64,000 nt of DNA from Clostridia bacterium (GCA_017613275.1 JAGAED010000003.1:1501-65500), one strand, 5' to 3'. Shown: positions 10,529 through 19,908, numbered from the stretch's first letter. The notes: a model not told the origin generated them from the letters alone. Numbers and translations are program-made.

Positions 10529-12679
10529 ATGGAAAATTATAAACAAAATTATAATAGATATAAAAATACTATTGATTTTTTAAACTATTTATATAAAAAA
10601 AGGGTAACGTATAGGATATATAATATAAATGATTACATACCTCAAGAATTGTCAAATGATGAAACTTTTTATAAAGGTATAGCTGAAGATAATCCACTTT
10701 TATTTAAGGATTTGAGTAGTGATTGGTTAAGAAATCCGAATAATTTCAAAAAAATAATTGAGGCTAATCCATATGTATACCATTATTGTTCTTATGTTTC
10801 TAAGGATTTTTGGAAAGATTCTGAAATTAGTGATGAGTTTAAAAGAATAACTGGTGATTATAATATTATGATGGAAAAAGTTAAAAATTATGGGCGTTGT
10901 TTACAAGATGTTTCGTATGAATTTATGATGAAAAATAATTGCAAAATGCTTTTAGAAGCAGTAAAAAATGATTATAGAGTTTTTATGGATTTTGCCCCAA
11001 AAGAATTACAAGCTCTTTTGACTAGGAATAAAGAGTTTATACTAGATTCTTTTTTAAACTGTTATTCTGACTTGTTTCAAGTTAAAATGTATGCAGTAAT
11101 GCTAAATAATCTTTCAGATGAATTTAAAAATGATAATGAAGTTATTAAAAAAGCTGTAAGTGAGTGTGGATTAACTTTGAAATATTTACAAGAAGATAAT
11201 AAAAATAATGAAGATTATGTAAAAATAGCGGTAACGCAAAACGGATTAGCGCTAAGATATGCTTCAGAAGAACTAAAAAATAATCCGGAAATAGTTAAAA
11301 GTGCAGTAAGCCAAAATGGATTAGCACTAAGATATGCTTCAGAAGAACTAAAAAATAATCCAGGAATAGTTAAAAGTGCAGTAAGTCAAAATGGATTAGC
11401 ATTAAAATATGCATCAGAAGAATTAAAAAATAATAAAGAAAGTGCTCAATTGGCTGTAGATCAAAATAAATTGGCATTAAAAAGTGCAACTAAAGAGTTA
11501 AGAAATAATTATCAAATAAATGTTCCAATTGAAGCATTAGATTTCTCTTTAAAAGTTTTTTGGGAACTAAAGAAAAATAAAATAAATGATTTATTACAAC
11601 TAATAGAATTTCGAAATGATGAAAAGTTTGGTAAAATGACTAAAAAAAGCCAAAAAGAAATCTTAGAAATACTTGAAAGGTATAAAAATAAAACAGAAAG
11701 CGAAGAAGAATATAAGGATATTACTGATGAAATTGAAGATGAAATAAGTGATGACAGTTCAATAAAAGAAGGTATACGCTTAATTGCAAAGGAATTGGTT
11801 AAACATAATGACAATTATGGTGTAGAATATTGGGATTTGCCTGAAAATTTGAGAGAGGATACAGAGGTTACAACGGAAGCAATAAAATATAATCCGGGTA
11901 TTTTTAGAAGTATACCAGAAGATAGAGAGGATTATTATGATATAGTTTTAGAATCGGTAAAATCAGGGCCATATTTAATGAATCATATACCAGAAGATAT
12001 GCAAAAATCTATTGGAAATGATTATGATACTATGATGACAATGGTAAAAAAATCAGAAATTGCATTACATCATGCATCAGAAGATTTAAAAAACGATAGA
12101 GAATTGGTAATTGAAGCAATTAAAAACTATGGCGGTGCAATAAGATATGCATCAGAAGAACTAAGAAACGACCCAGAAATTGTACTAATGGCTTTAAGAC
12201 AAAATGGAAATGCTTTAGAAGATATACCGGAATATTTTTTAAATAATAAAGAAATTGTAATAGAAGCTGCAAAAAATGGTTTGTCTTTTGAGAAGGTGGA
12301 TTCTTTTCTCAAAAAGAAATTAAAAGAACGTGGATATTTAGATGATCCTGATTTTAAGCTTGAAATGGCTAAAAATGGATATAATGAACCTAGGATATTT
12401 ATAGAGGATCCTTTAATAATTGCTGATGCAAAAAAAATATATCAAAGGAGACGAATAGAAGATTATAAAGAGGTTTTATTAACTACAGAAGAGGAACGTA
12501 ATGATTTTTATCATGGAAAATATAAAGAAATTATTAATAAAAAAATTGCAATTGATAACAGAAGATATAAGGAAGAAACTTTACTAAAATTACAACAAGA
12601 AAATTTTAAATTAAATGAAAAAATTTCAGAAATGAAAAATATACTAGATAACTCAAAAGAAACAGATAATCAAAAATAA
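10529..12679 (+). CDS. DUF4116 repeat-containing protein
   Basis: 716 aa with multiple NGLALRYASEELKNNPEIVKSAVSQ-type 25-aa repeats in two blocks. Confidence 0.75.
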   Translation: MENYKQNYNRYKNTIDFLNYLYKKRVTYRIYNINDYIPQELSNDETFYKGIAEDNPLLFKDLSSDWLRNPNNFKKIIEANPYVYHYCSYVSKDFWKDSEISDEFKRITGDYNIMMEKVKNYGRCLQDVSYEFMMKNNCKMLLEAVKNDYRVFMDFAPKELQALLTRNKEFILDSFLNCYSDLFQVKMYAVMLNNLSDEFKNDNEVIKKAVSECGLTLKYLQEDNKNNEDYVKIAVTQNGLALRYASEELKNNPEIVKSAVSQNGLALRYASEELKNNPGIVKSAVSQNGLALKYASEELKNNKESAQLAVDQNKLALKSATKELRNNYQINVPIEALDFSLKVFWELKKNKINDLLQLIEFRNDEKFGKMTKKSQKEILEILERYKNKTESEEEYKDITDEIEDEISDDSSIKEGIRLIAKELVKHNDNYGVEYWDLPENLREDTEVTTEAIKYNPGIFRSIPEDREDYYDIVLESVKSGPYLMNHIPEDMQKSIGNDYDTMMTMVKKSEIALHHASEDLKNDRELVIEAIKNYGGAIRYASEELRNDPEIVLMALRQNGNALEDIPEYFLNNKEIVIEAAKNGLSFEKVDSFLKKKLKERGYLDDPDFKLEMAKNGYNEPRIFIEDPLIIADAKKIYQRRRIEDYKEVLLTTEEERNDFYHGKYKEIINKKIAIDNRRYKEETLLKLQQENFKLNEKISEMKNILDNSKETDNQK
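11165..11464 (+). repeat. 75-bp tandem coding repeats (DUF4116 units)
   Basis: Units at 11240-11314, 11315-11389 and 11390-11464 are nearly identical at the DNA level. Degenerate units flank them. Confidence 0.9.
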
Positions 12680-12833
12680 ATTATAGTAAAATAGCCATAT
12701 AATTTGGTTCTTTTACCTTTATAGATTAAAAAATTTCACCAAACCTGTAACCAAAAAAAATCCCCCCACATATTATATACCATACAAAGGAACAAAAAAA
12801 CTTAAGGAGTTCTTTTGAAAGGGGGTCTAGACT

Positions 12834-12950
12834 ATGCCAGAAAACAGAGGATGCGGAGGTTTCGGATTTGGTGATGACAACTGCTGCTGGATAATAATCC
12901 TTATATTATTAATATGCTGCTGCTGTGGAAATAACAGAGGTTGTTGCTAA
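12834..12950 (+). CDS. 38-aa Cys-rich small membrane protein (not in the ORF track)
   Basis: AAGGGGG RBS, then ATG. Sequence MPENRGCGGFGFGDDNCCWIIILILLICCCCGNNRGCC. A terminator hairpin follows directly. Confidence 0.6.
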   Translation: MPENRGCGGFGFGDDNCCWIIILILLICCCCGNNRGCC

Positions 12951-12965
12951 TCCATAAAATTATAA

Positions 12966-12995
12966 AAATTCCTGACAATTACGTCAGGAATTTTT
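12966..12995. terminator. bidirectional terminator between convergent genes
   Basis: AAATTCCTGAC/GTCAGGAATTT stem. Confidence 0.75.
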
Positions 12996-13000
12996 AACGT

Positions 13001-13798
13001 TTATTTATATCTTATAAAATCATAATTACAATTTTGAGTAATTGTTAAAGCACCATCATATAATGATTTTTCACCATTTTCAAGAGGTGGTTCTATAAAA
13101 ACAGTACATTTAAATTCTTGGTCCAAATTATTTGTGATAATTATATCAAATGAAATTTTACAATTTAAAGAACTTAGTAAAACACCACATTTTTTAAGTA
13201 AAGAACCATCATAGGTTATTGGAGAACCAGTATCTGTAATTGTATAATCTGTTTTTATATTTTCGTTTATATAGCTTAAAACTATTGGATTTGCACAATT
13301 ATTGTATAAAGTTGGAGTGCTTAAATCTTCTGTATCATTTGAACTAATGCTAAAATTTAAATCATTTTCAAAAATATTTTCTTCCAAAATTGTATTTTTT
13401 GCAAAAGAATTTATATTTTTGTAAGCTAATTTTTGAGTTCCAATTGATGGCTTTTCAGTATATTGTAGATTTTCTAATCTTACACTTTTTAATGTATTTT
13501 CCATATTATTTTCATCATTAGTATTGTTCAAAAATATAGCAATATCAGTATATTGGTATAGATTTTCTATTGTGAAATTACTTGCTGTAGCATTTTTATT
13601 TTGGGCATTACAATTACTAAACAATACAATTTTATTTATGGAAAAAATTGTATTTTCATTTTTTGATGCAAAATCCAGATAATCTTTTTCACAATTTGAT
13701 TTATTTTTAAACATTCCGAAAACGCTTGTACATAGCACTACAAATACAATAACTAATATTATAAAAATTGAAATAAAAATAATTTTCTTCTTATCCAA
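13001..13798 (-). CDS. hypothetical membrane-anchored or secreted protein
   Basis: 265 aa with an N-terminal TM helix (IIFISIFIILVIVFVVL). Confidence 0.6.
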   Translation of the reverse strand: MDKKKIIFISIFIILVIVFVVLCTSVFGMFKNKSNCEKDYLDFASKNENTIFSINKIVLFSNCNAQNKNATASNFTIENLYQYTDIAIFLNNTNDENNMENTLKSVRLENLQYTEKPSIGTQKLAYKNINSFAKNTILEENIFENDLNFSISSNDTEDLSTPTLYNNCANPIVLSYINENIKTDYTITDTGSPITYDGSLLKKCGVLLSSLNCKISFDIIITNNLDQEFKCTVFIEPPLENGEKSLYDGALTITQNCNYDFIRYK

Positions 13799-14072
13799 AA
13801 CTTGTCCTCCTTTGTACGCTATTACTATATTATAAATTTAAATTTTTGGCAATATAAATTTTATAAAATGCTAAATATTATTATTTTCAAGCAACAATCG
13901 TGGGGACCGACAAATTACAGTATGTCAAAATATTTGAAAAATATTTTTTTACATACTGTTATGCAGTTGGGAGTTGCAGAAAATAATAATATTTAGCTAT
14001 AATAATAATTTTTCCAAAAATTTAAATTGACAATTTTCTACATTTTGTTTACAATTATTTTAGGTGATAAAT

Positions 14073-15266
14073 ATGAAAACAAAAGAGAAAATATACATAT
14101 TATTTTTGTTGATAATTTTAGCCATATCATTTTTCATATATATTATATTTACAAAAAATAACACTTATGCAAAAGAGTCAAATTCTGGTGTTCAAAATAC
14201 CAGAATTAGCAATGCAAAACAAGTAGACATATATGAAATAATAAAGAAAAATACTGTAGAAAAGCAAGAAGAAACAATAGAAACAAGAGAAGAACCTTTG
14301 GAATTCATTACCAAATACAAAACCAACAACGAGCTTCCAAAAGGCACAATGCAGGTGATTCAAGAAGGTAGAGAAGGTATTCAACAAATATCAATAAAAA
14401 GAATTTACCAAAATGGTAGTTTAATAGATGAGCAACAAATGGGAACAAAAGTTATAAAAGCTTCTGTTGAAAAAATAGTAGAAATTGGTGGAGCAAAATA
14501 CACAAGCTATTATAAAGTTAAAAAAGGCGACAATGTTTACACAACAGCAGATAGGGTTGAGGTAATGTTGGAACCAGATGGAAATAGCCAAAAACTAACT
14601 ACCATAGGGAAAAACAATGAACTAAAAATATTAGATTTAAATGACAATTGGTACAAAGTATCTGGAACAGCAGGAACTGGCTGGGTAAAGAAAGAAAGTA
14701 CTACTTATATAAATCCAAATGAAGGATTTGATGAAAGTAAATATGGGGCAAAATCAAAGGAACAATTGTTAAAAGAACTAAGCTTTGAAATGAAATTAAA
14801 TAAGCCTAGTGGATTAACTCTTGATCAGTTCAAAAAGATACTTTCAGACCCAAAAGATGTTAACAAAATATTTGAACAAAATGCAGAATATTTTTATTAC
14901 ATAGAAAAACAATATAATATAAATGGAGTGTTTGTAGCTGCAATAGGAATTCATGAAAGTGCATGGGGAACTTCTAAAATTGCAAGAGATAAGAAAAACC
15001 TATTTGGCTACGGAGCATACGATTCTAGCCCTTATAAATCTGCATATTCATTTGAAAACTATTCAGAAAGCATAGATTTAATAGCAAGGGTATTAACAAA
15101 ATATTATTTAAACCCAGCTGGAACATCAATTTACAATTCTGAAAAAGCAACTGGAAGTTATTATAATGGTTCAACATTATCAGGCGTAAATAAAAGATAT
15201 GCAACAGATAAAAACTGGGCAAACGGCGTGTTTAGTCATATGAAATATTTATACAATAAATTATAG
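14073..15266 (+). CDS. cell-wall hydrolase: TM + G5 + SH3b + GH73 N-acetylglucosaminidase
   Basis: G5-like VIQEGREGIQQISIKRIYQNG..EIGG, SH3b-like NWYKVSGTAGTGWVKK, and GH73-like GIHESAWGTSKIARDKKNLFGYGAYD. Confidence 0.75.
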   Translation: MKTKEKIYILFLLIILAISFFIYIIFTKNNTYAKESNSGVQNTRISNAKQVDIYEIIKKNTVEKQEETIETREEPLEFITKYKTNNELPKGTMQVIQEGREGIQQISIKRIYQNGSLIDEQQMGTKVIKASVEKIVEIGGAKYTSYYKVKKGDNVYTTADRVEVMLEPDGNSQKLTTIGKNNELKILDLNDNWYKVSGTAGTGWVKKESTTYINPNEGFDESKYGAKSKEQLLKELSFEMKLNKPSGLTLDQFKKILSDPKDVNKIFEQNAEYFYYIEKQYNINGVFVAAIGIHESAWGTSKIARDKKNLFGYGAYDSSPYKSAYSFENYSESIDLIARVLTKYYLNPAGTSIYNSEKATGSYYNGSTLSGVNKRYATDKNWANGVFSHMKYLYNKL

Positions 15267-15423
15267 AAGAATTAATACATAAAAAATGCTGAAAAATATA
15301 TAAGAATTTAATTTTTTTCTCAAAAATTGTTGCTATTTTTTGAATAATATTGTATCATATATAGGTAAATAGTGTAAAATCTGAATGTACAAAAAAATGT
15401 AATATTTTAATAAATAGAAGGGA

Positions 15424-15840
15424 ATGAAAAAAATGAAAAGTAAAGCAATAATAATATTAGCAATAGTAACAATTTTTGCTATGTTTTTCTGTGCAACACA
15501 TGTATATGCAGAAAACAAAGTCTTAGACTCAAAAATTGAAGGACAATTGGTAGAAATCAAAGAACATGAAACAAAAACAATCGAGGATTACCAAGCAAGA
15601 TATGGCTCTGAAGCCTACGGAACTGTTGCATACATATTAAACTTAGTTAGAATATGGAGTATTCCACTTTGCTTTTTAGGAATAGCTATTGGAGCAGTAC
15701 ATAAATCAATTTTAGGTATTCGTAAATTAGATACACTAGAAAAAGGTAGAGGTATGGTTGTAATGTTCGTTACAATACTAATAATATGCCAAGTCTTACC
15801 ACTAGCATTCACACTAGTTGTAAAATTTGGAAGGGGGTAA
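15424..15840 (+). CDS. small secreted two-TM membrane protein (VirB2/TrbC-like topology)
   Basis: Signal peptide ending VYA-EN, followed by two hydrophobic helices separated by a basic loop. Confidence 0.55.
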   Translation: MKKMKSKAIIILAIVTIFAMFFCATHVYAENKVLDSKIEGQLVEIKEHETKTIEDYQARYGSEAYGTVAYILNLVRIWSIPLCFLGIAIGAVHKSILGIRKLDTLEKGRGMVVMFVTILIICQVLPLAFTLVVKFGRG

Positions 15841-15843
15841 CAA

Positions 15844-17544
15844 ATGAAAGTTTTATTTGCTGTAAGTAATGAGGAGATATCAGAAACAATTGTTAAAAGA
15901 TATCAAAAACAATATAAGGAGATAATATCATACAAAAATGTCTATTACTTTAATGCAATATTAAAAGAAATACAAAAGGACAAAACTTATGATAGAATAG
16001 TAATAAGTGAAGAGTTAGAGGCATTTACAAATACACAGTATGAACAAATAGATAGATTTATATTTGATAAATTAGATAGCATAAGTGATGAAGCAGCTAA
16101 CACCAGAGGAGATAATACACCTATTATCTTAATATGTTCAGATAGAAGAACAAAAGGCGAAGAAATGCTTGTTAAATTATTTGGAATTGGTATTTATGAT
16201 GCTTTAATTGGAAATGATAGAGGAGTAGATGAGGTTTGTAATTTAATTCATAAATCTCGTTCTAAAAAAGAAGCAAAATTATATTATAAAATTGAAGCGG
16301 ACGAAGTAAAATATCAATCTGAAAATGAAAATGATGTTAGTGAGCAAGAGATTCAAAATATTTTGGCACATTATAAAAGACTTGGAAAGAATGAAGATAA
16401 ATATGTTACAAGTTTTGATAATATAGTTGCTCAGTACAATGATGCCCAATTAAGAATTATAAGCAAATTCTTACCATTAAATGTAAGAGCTGTTTTGGAA
16501 GAAAAATCACCAAAATATCAACAAATAATGTCATTTAACAATGCGGTTACAGATAGCATTAGAAAGCCTAAAAAGCCACAAAGTTTAGGACCAAGTGGTA
16601 AATTATTAAGACCAAAAAATAAAGCTGTAATGCCAACAGAACCAATTGTTATACCAAATGCAGTTGATACTGAAAATGTTAAAAAATTAACAAGAAATCG
16701 TGCGAATAAAGTTGATGACGGAATTCAAGGAATAGAAGAAACATTAAGCGGTTTTGACAATAATTCAAATAATGATTTTAATGCTTTTGAACAAGACGAT
16801 AGCAAGCAAGTTCAAAATAGTTATAATCCATTTGAATCAAATAATAATCAAACAGCTTATGATCCTTTTGCACAAGATAATAATCAAAATCAAGACGCTT
16901 TTGATCCTTTTGCACAAAGCAATACACAATTTGAAAACTTTACAAGCTTTAATAGCGATATAACAAATAGTTTCCAAAATGAAATTCCAGAAGAGCCAAA
17001 AAGAAGAGGAAGAAAGCCAAAAAATGTTGAAGAAGAAGAAGAACCAGTTCAACCTCAAGCACCAAAAAGAAGAGGTAGACCAAGAAAAAATCCAGTGGTT
17101 GAGCCACAAGATGATGGTATTCTTCCAGGATTTGAAGCATCATATTCAAACCATCAAGAAGAAGAAAATGATGATGATACAATATTACCGGGATTTGAAG
17201 AAATAGATGATAATGTATTACCAGGATTCGAAGAAAACAATAGTAATGATAATATATTACCAGGTGTTGAAGAAGATAACAGTGAAGATAATGCATTACC
17301 AGGATTCGAAGATTATAATATAAATAATAGTGAACCACAAAGCTTTGATGACAACGAACAATTCAATAATAATCAGTTTGATAATTACCAATTTGAAAAC
17401 AATCCATTTGAAAATAATCAGTTTGATAACAATCAATTTGAAAACAATCCATTTGAAAATAATCAGTTTGATAACAATCAATTCGGAAATAATCAATTTG
17501 GAAACGCTCAATTTAGTAGTAATCAATTTGATAATAGCCAATAA
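15844..17544 (+). CDS. pseudo-receiver domain protein with AT-hooks, LPGFE repeats and NNQF pentapeptide repeats; ends at an in-frame TAA inside the repeat array
   Basis: N-terminal CheY-like alternation without the acidic pocket. KRRGRKPK and KRRGRPRK motifs. Five copies of (I/V/A)LPG(F/V)E(E/D/A). About 11 NNQF(D/E/G) units before the stop. Confidence 0.6.
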   Translation: MKVLFAVSNEEISETIVKRYQKQYKEIISYKNVYYFNAILKEIQKDKTYDRIVISEELEAFTNTQYEQIDRFIFDKLDSISDEAANTRGDNTPIILICSDRRTKGEEMLVKLFGIGIYDALIGNDRGVDEVCNLIHKSRSKKEAKLYYKIEADEVKYQSENENDVSEQEIQNILAHYKRLGKNEDKYVTSFDNIVAQYNDAQLRIISKFLPLNVRAVLEEKSPKYQQIMSFNNAVTDSIRKPKKPQSLGPSGKLLRPKNKAVMPTEPIVIPNAVDTENVKKLTRNRANKVDDGIQGIEETLSGFDNNSNNDFNAFEQDDSKQVQNSYNPFESNNNQTAYDPFAQDNNQNQDAFDPFAQSNTQFENFTSFNSDITNSFQNEIPEEPKRRGRKPKNVEEEEEPVQPQAPKRRGRPRKNPVVEPQDDGILPGFEASYSNHQEEENDDDTILPGFEEIDDNVLPGFEENNSNDNILPGVEEDNSEDNALPGFEDYNINNSEPQSFDDNEQFNNNQFDNYQFENNPFENNQFDNNQFENNPFENNQFDNNQFGNNQFGNAQFSSNQFDNSQ

Positions 17545-17592
17545 GTAAATAATCAATTTAATAATAACCAATATAATAATTATAATCAAGTA
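17356..17592 (+). repeat. 15-bp (pentapeptide NNQF-x) tandem coding repeat spanning the TAA at 17542-17544
   Basis: AATAATCARTTTGAN units. Period and frame are preserved on both sides of the stop. Confidence 0.85.
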
Positions 17593-17724
17593 CCATCATA
17601 TGATGTACAAGCTGGTGATTTCTCAAGACTATTAACAGATAGTAAGAAGATTGCAACATTTGTTGGAACAAGCAAAAATGGAACATCGTTTATAGTAAAT
17701 AATCTTGCAGAATACGCTTCTTCT

Positions 17725-18495
17725 ATGGGAATAAATGTAGCAATATTAGATACAACAAAGAATAAAAATTCATATTATATTTATACTAAAAATGAGGAAG
17801 AATTAAGACAAATAGCAGGAAATTGCTTGCAAAACTTAACAAATGGACAAGCAAAAGGAATTAGTGTAAACAGAAACTTAACAGTTTACACATCTTTACC
17901 AGAAGATAGAGAAGAATTAAACAATGTAAACTCTATACTAGAAACATTAGTAAGAGTACATGATTTAATATTGATAGATTGTGATTTCGATACACCTTAT
18001 GGGTATTTTGCAGATGCACAAGAAATCTATCTAGTACAATCATACGATATTCTTACAATACAACCATTAACAGCGTTTATGAGAGAATTAAAAGCACAAA
18101 ATATATTAGACCAAAGCAAACTAAGAATCTTATTAAATAAACATGTTAAAGTAAGAGGAATATCAGAAAAAACAATAGTTGGAGGAATGTCAAAATACAA
18201 TGATCCAGCAATGTCATTTATGACAGATTTATTTGATGTAAATGCTGTAAAATTTATGACAATACAATTTGAACAAGATATATATACAAGATATTTAGAA
18301 AGTGTAATAAATTGTGATGTATCAATCAAAGGATATTCAAAAACATTTACACAAACATTAAAAGAATTATGCAATTGGGTATATCAAAATTCAATGGGAA
18401 ATAATTCTTATAGACCACAAACAAGTTCATATAGCAATTCAACATTTTCAGCAAATATGAATGATACATTAAATCAAATGAGAAGAAAATATTAA
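17725..18495 (+). CDS. ParA/MinD/CpaE-like ATPase domain, probably the C-terminal part of the interrupted upstream gene
   Basis: Same frame as 15844..17544, with no stop between 17545 and 17725. The degenerate Walker A GTSKNGTS (17665-17688) lies upstream of the first ATG. Walker-B-like HDLILIDCD. Confidence 0.55.
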   Translation: MGINVAILDTTKNKNSYYIYTKNEEELRQIAGNCLQNLTNGQAKGISVNRNLTVYTSLPEDREELNNVNSILETLVRVHDLILIDCDFDTPYGYFADAQEIYLVQSYDILTIQPLTAFMRELKAQNILDQSKLRILLNKHVKVRGISEKTIVGGMSKYNDPAMSFMTDLFDVNAVKFMTIQFEQDIYTRYLESVINCDVSIKGYSKTFTQTLKELCNWVYQNSMGNNSYRPQTSSYSNSTFSANMNDTLNQMRRKY

Positions 18496-18512
18496 AATAG
18501 GGGGAAAAACAA

Positions 18513-19640
18513 GTGGCATTTGCAATAGTAGTAATTCTTGTAATAATAGTCATAGGATTAGTAATATATAATTTAAATATACACAAGAAAATACAAACAT
18601 TTAACAATATAAATCAAAGAATAAACAACTTATCTATTGTTCAAGATTTTATGAGCATAGTTGGTGAAAGAATTTCTGTTGATCAAAAAATTCAAAAAAT
18701 GAACGATACACTAATAGAAAAGTATGAAATAAAATATTCTACAATAGTTGTATTTGATGGCGCAGAATACACAATAAAAGCGTCAAATGTGGATAGAAAA
18801 CACTGGAATTCGTTGAAATCACTACAAAATGTGGATATGTTTAAAGATAGCATTGCTACAGCAACCCCAAAATATGTTACAGTAAATGAAGAGGGAGAAA
18901 GACTTCCTTATCAACAAGTGGAATTTGGTAGAGCAAAATCTGCCATCTTCTTCCCATTATATATAGATAATGTATATATTGGATATTGGATTATAGAAAG
19001 CGGAACACCTCATGACTTCGACAATGTAGATATTACAATTTTAGATGTTGTAAAAGATAACATGGTTTCTGTTTTAAAAAATGTTGTACACCAAAAAACA
19101 TTAGAAGCATTAGATAGAATTGATAAGTTTACAGGGTTAGATTCAGAAGCTTATTTATATGGTGATGGTAAAAAAATAATAGACAAATATACAATGTCAA
19201 CTGTATGTATGTTTAAAATTACAAACCTAGAAGATATAAATATAAAATGTTCAAGAGAACTTGGAAATAAGGTTGTTAAAGAGGTAAGTAATTACTTTAA
19301 ACAAAATTTAACAAGTGAATATATACTTGTTAGATATATGGGACCTAAATTTGCAATAGTATTTTCAGGCGTAGAATTAAATGGAGTTGTAGAATTTTTA
19401 AATGACAATAAAGAAGAAATAGAAAAATTACAAATTTCATTAGAAAATATTAACGAGAAACCAGAAGAAACAAAAACAGCTAAAAAAGGTAGAAAGAAAA
19501 AACAAGTTGTTGTTAGTCCAAGACTAAACTTTGCAGTATCTACATATTATAAAGGAACTGGATTAGAAGAAGTACTTAAAAAACTAGAAAACTATTTAGA
19601 TTCAGCGCCAGTTGGCGAAAATGATATAAATAATATTTAA
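18513..19640 (+). CDS. membrane-anchored GAF-like + degenerate GGDEF domain protein
   Basis: N-terminal TM. DKFTGLDSE and VRYMGPKFAIVF stand in place of D.LTGL.NR and RYGGDEF. No RxxD I-site seen. Confidence 0.6.
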   Translation: MAFAIVVILVIIVIGLVIYNLNIHKKIQTFNNINQRINNLSIVQDFMSIVGERISVDQKIQKMNDTLIEKYEIKYSTIVVFDGAEYTIKASNVDRKHWNSLKSLQNVDMFKDSIATATPKYVTVNEEGERLPYQQVEFGRAKSAIFFPLYIDNVYIGYWIIESGTPHDFDNVDITILDVVKDNMVSVLKNVVHQKTLEALDRIDKFTGLDSEAYLYGDGKKIIDKYTMSTVCMFKITNLEDINIKCSRELGNKVVKEVSNYFKQNLTSEYILVRYMGPKFAIVFSGVELNGVVEFLNDNKEEIEKLQISLENINEKPEETKTAKKGRKKKQVVVSPRLNFAVSTYYKGTGLEEVLKKLENYLDSAPVGENDINNI

Positions 19641-19655
19641 TTTTGGAGGTAAATT

Positions 19656-19907
19656 ATGGAATTTGACAAAACTATGAATTTTAAGGTAGAAAAAGAATCT
19701 ACAAACCAAACAAAAGAAATCCTAAGAGAGGTATATGAAGCTTTAGTTGAAAAAGGATATAATCCAATCAATCAATTAGTAGGATATATTTTATCAGGTG
19801 ACCCAACATACATTACAAGCCATAACAATGCAAGAAACAAGATAAGAACAATTGAAAGAGATGAGTTGTTAGAAAAACTTGTTAAAAATTATATAGGAAT
19901 AGAATAA
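19656..19907 (+). CDS. ireB: IreB family regulatory phosphoprotein (UPF0297)
   Basis: 83 aa with [27 protein letters not shown]. Confidence 0.85.
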   Translation: MEFDKTMNFKVEKESTNQTKEILREVYEALVEKGYNPINQLVGYILSGDPTYITSHNNARNKIRTIERDELLEKLVKNYIGIE

Positions 19908-19908
19908 T

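Noticed and set aside
13802-13996. A 64-aa ORF in the divergent intergenic region.
   Set aside because: It has no RBS and lies in the promoter region between the divergent genes 13001-13798(-) and 14073-15266(+). Its composition is typical of non-coding AT-rich DNA.
11165-17592. Tandem repeats (75-bp units at 11.2 kb, 15-bp units at 17.4 kb) considered as possible CRISPR or VNTR arrays.
   Set aside because: They have no unique spacers. The repeats are in-frame coding repeats (DUF4116 units and NNQF pentapeptides).
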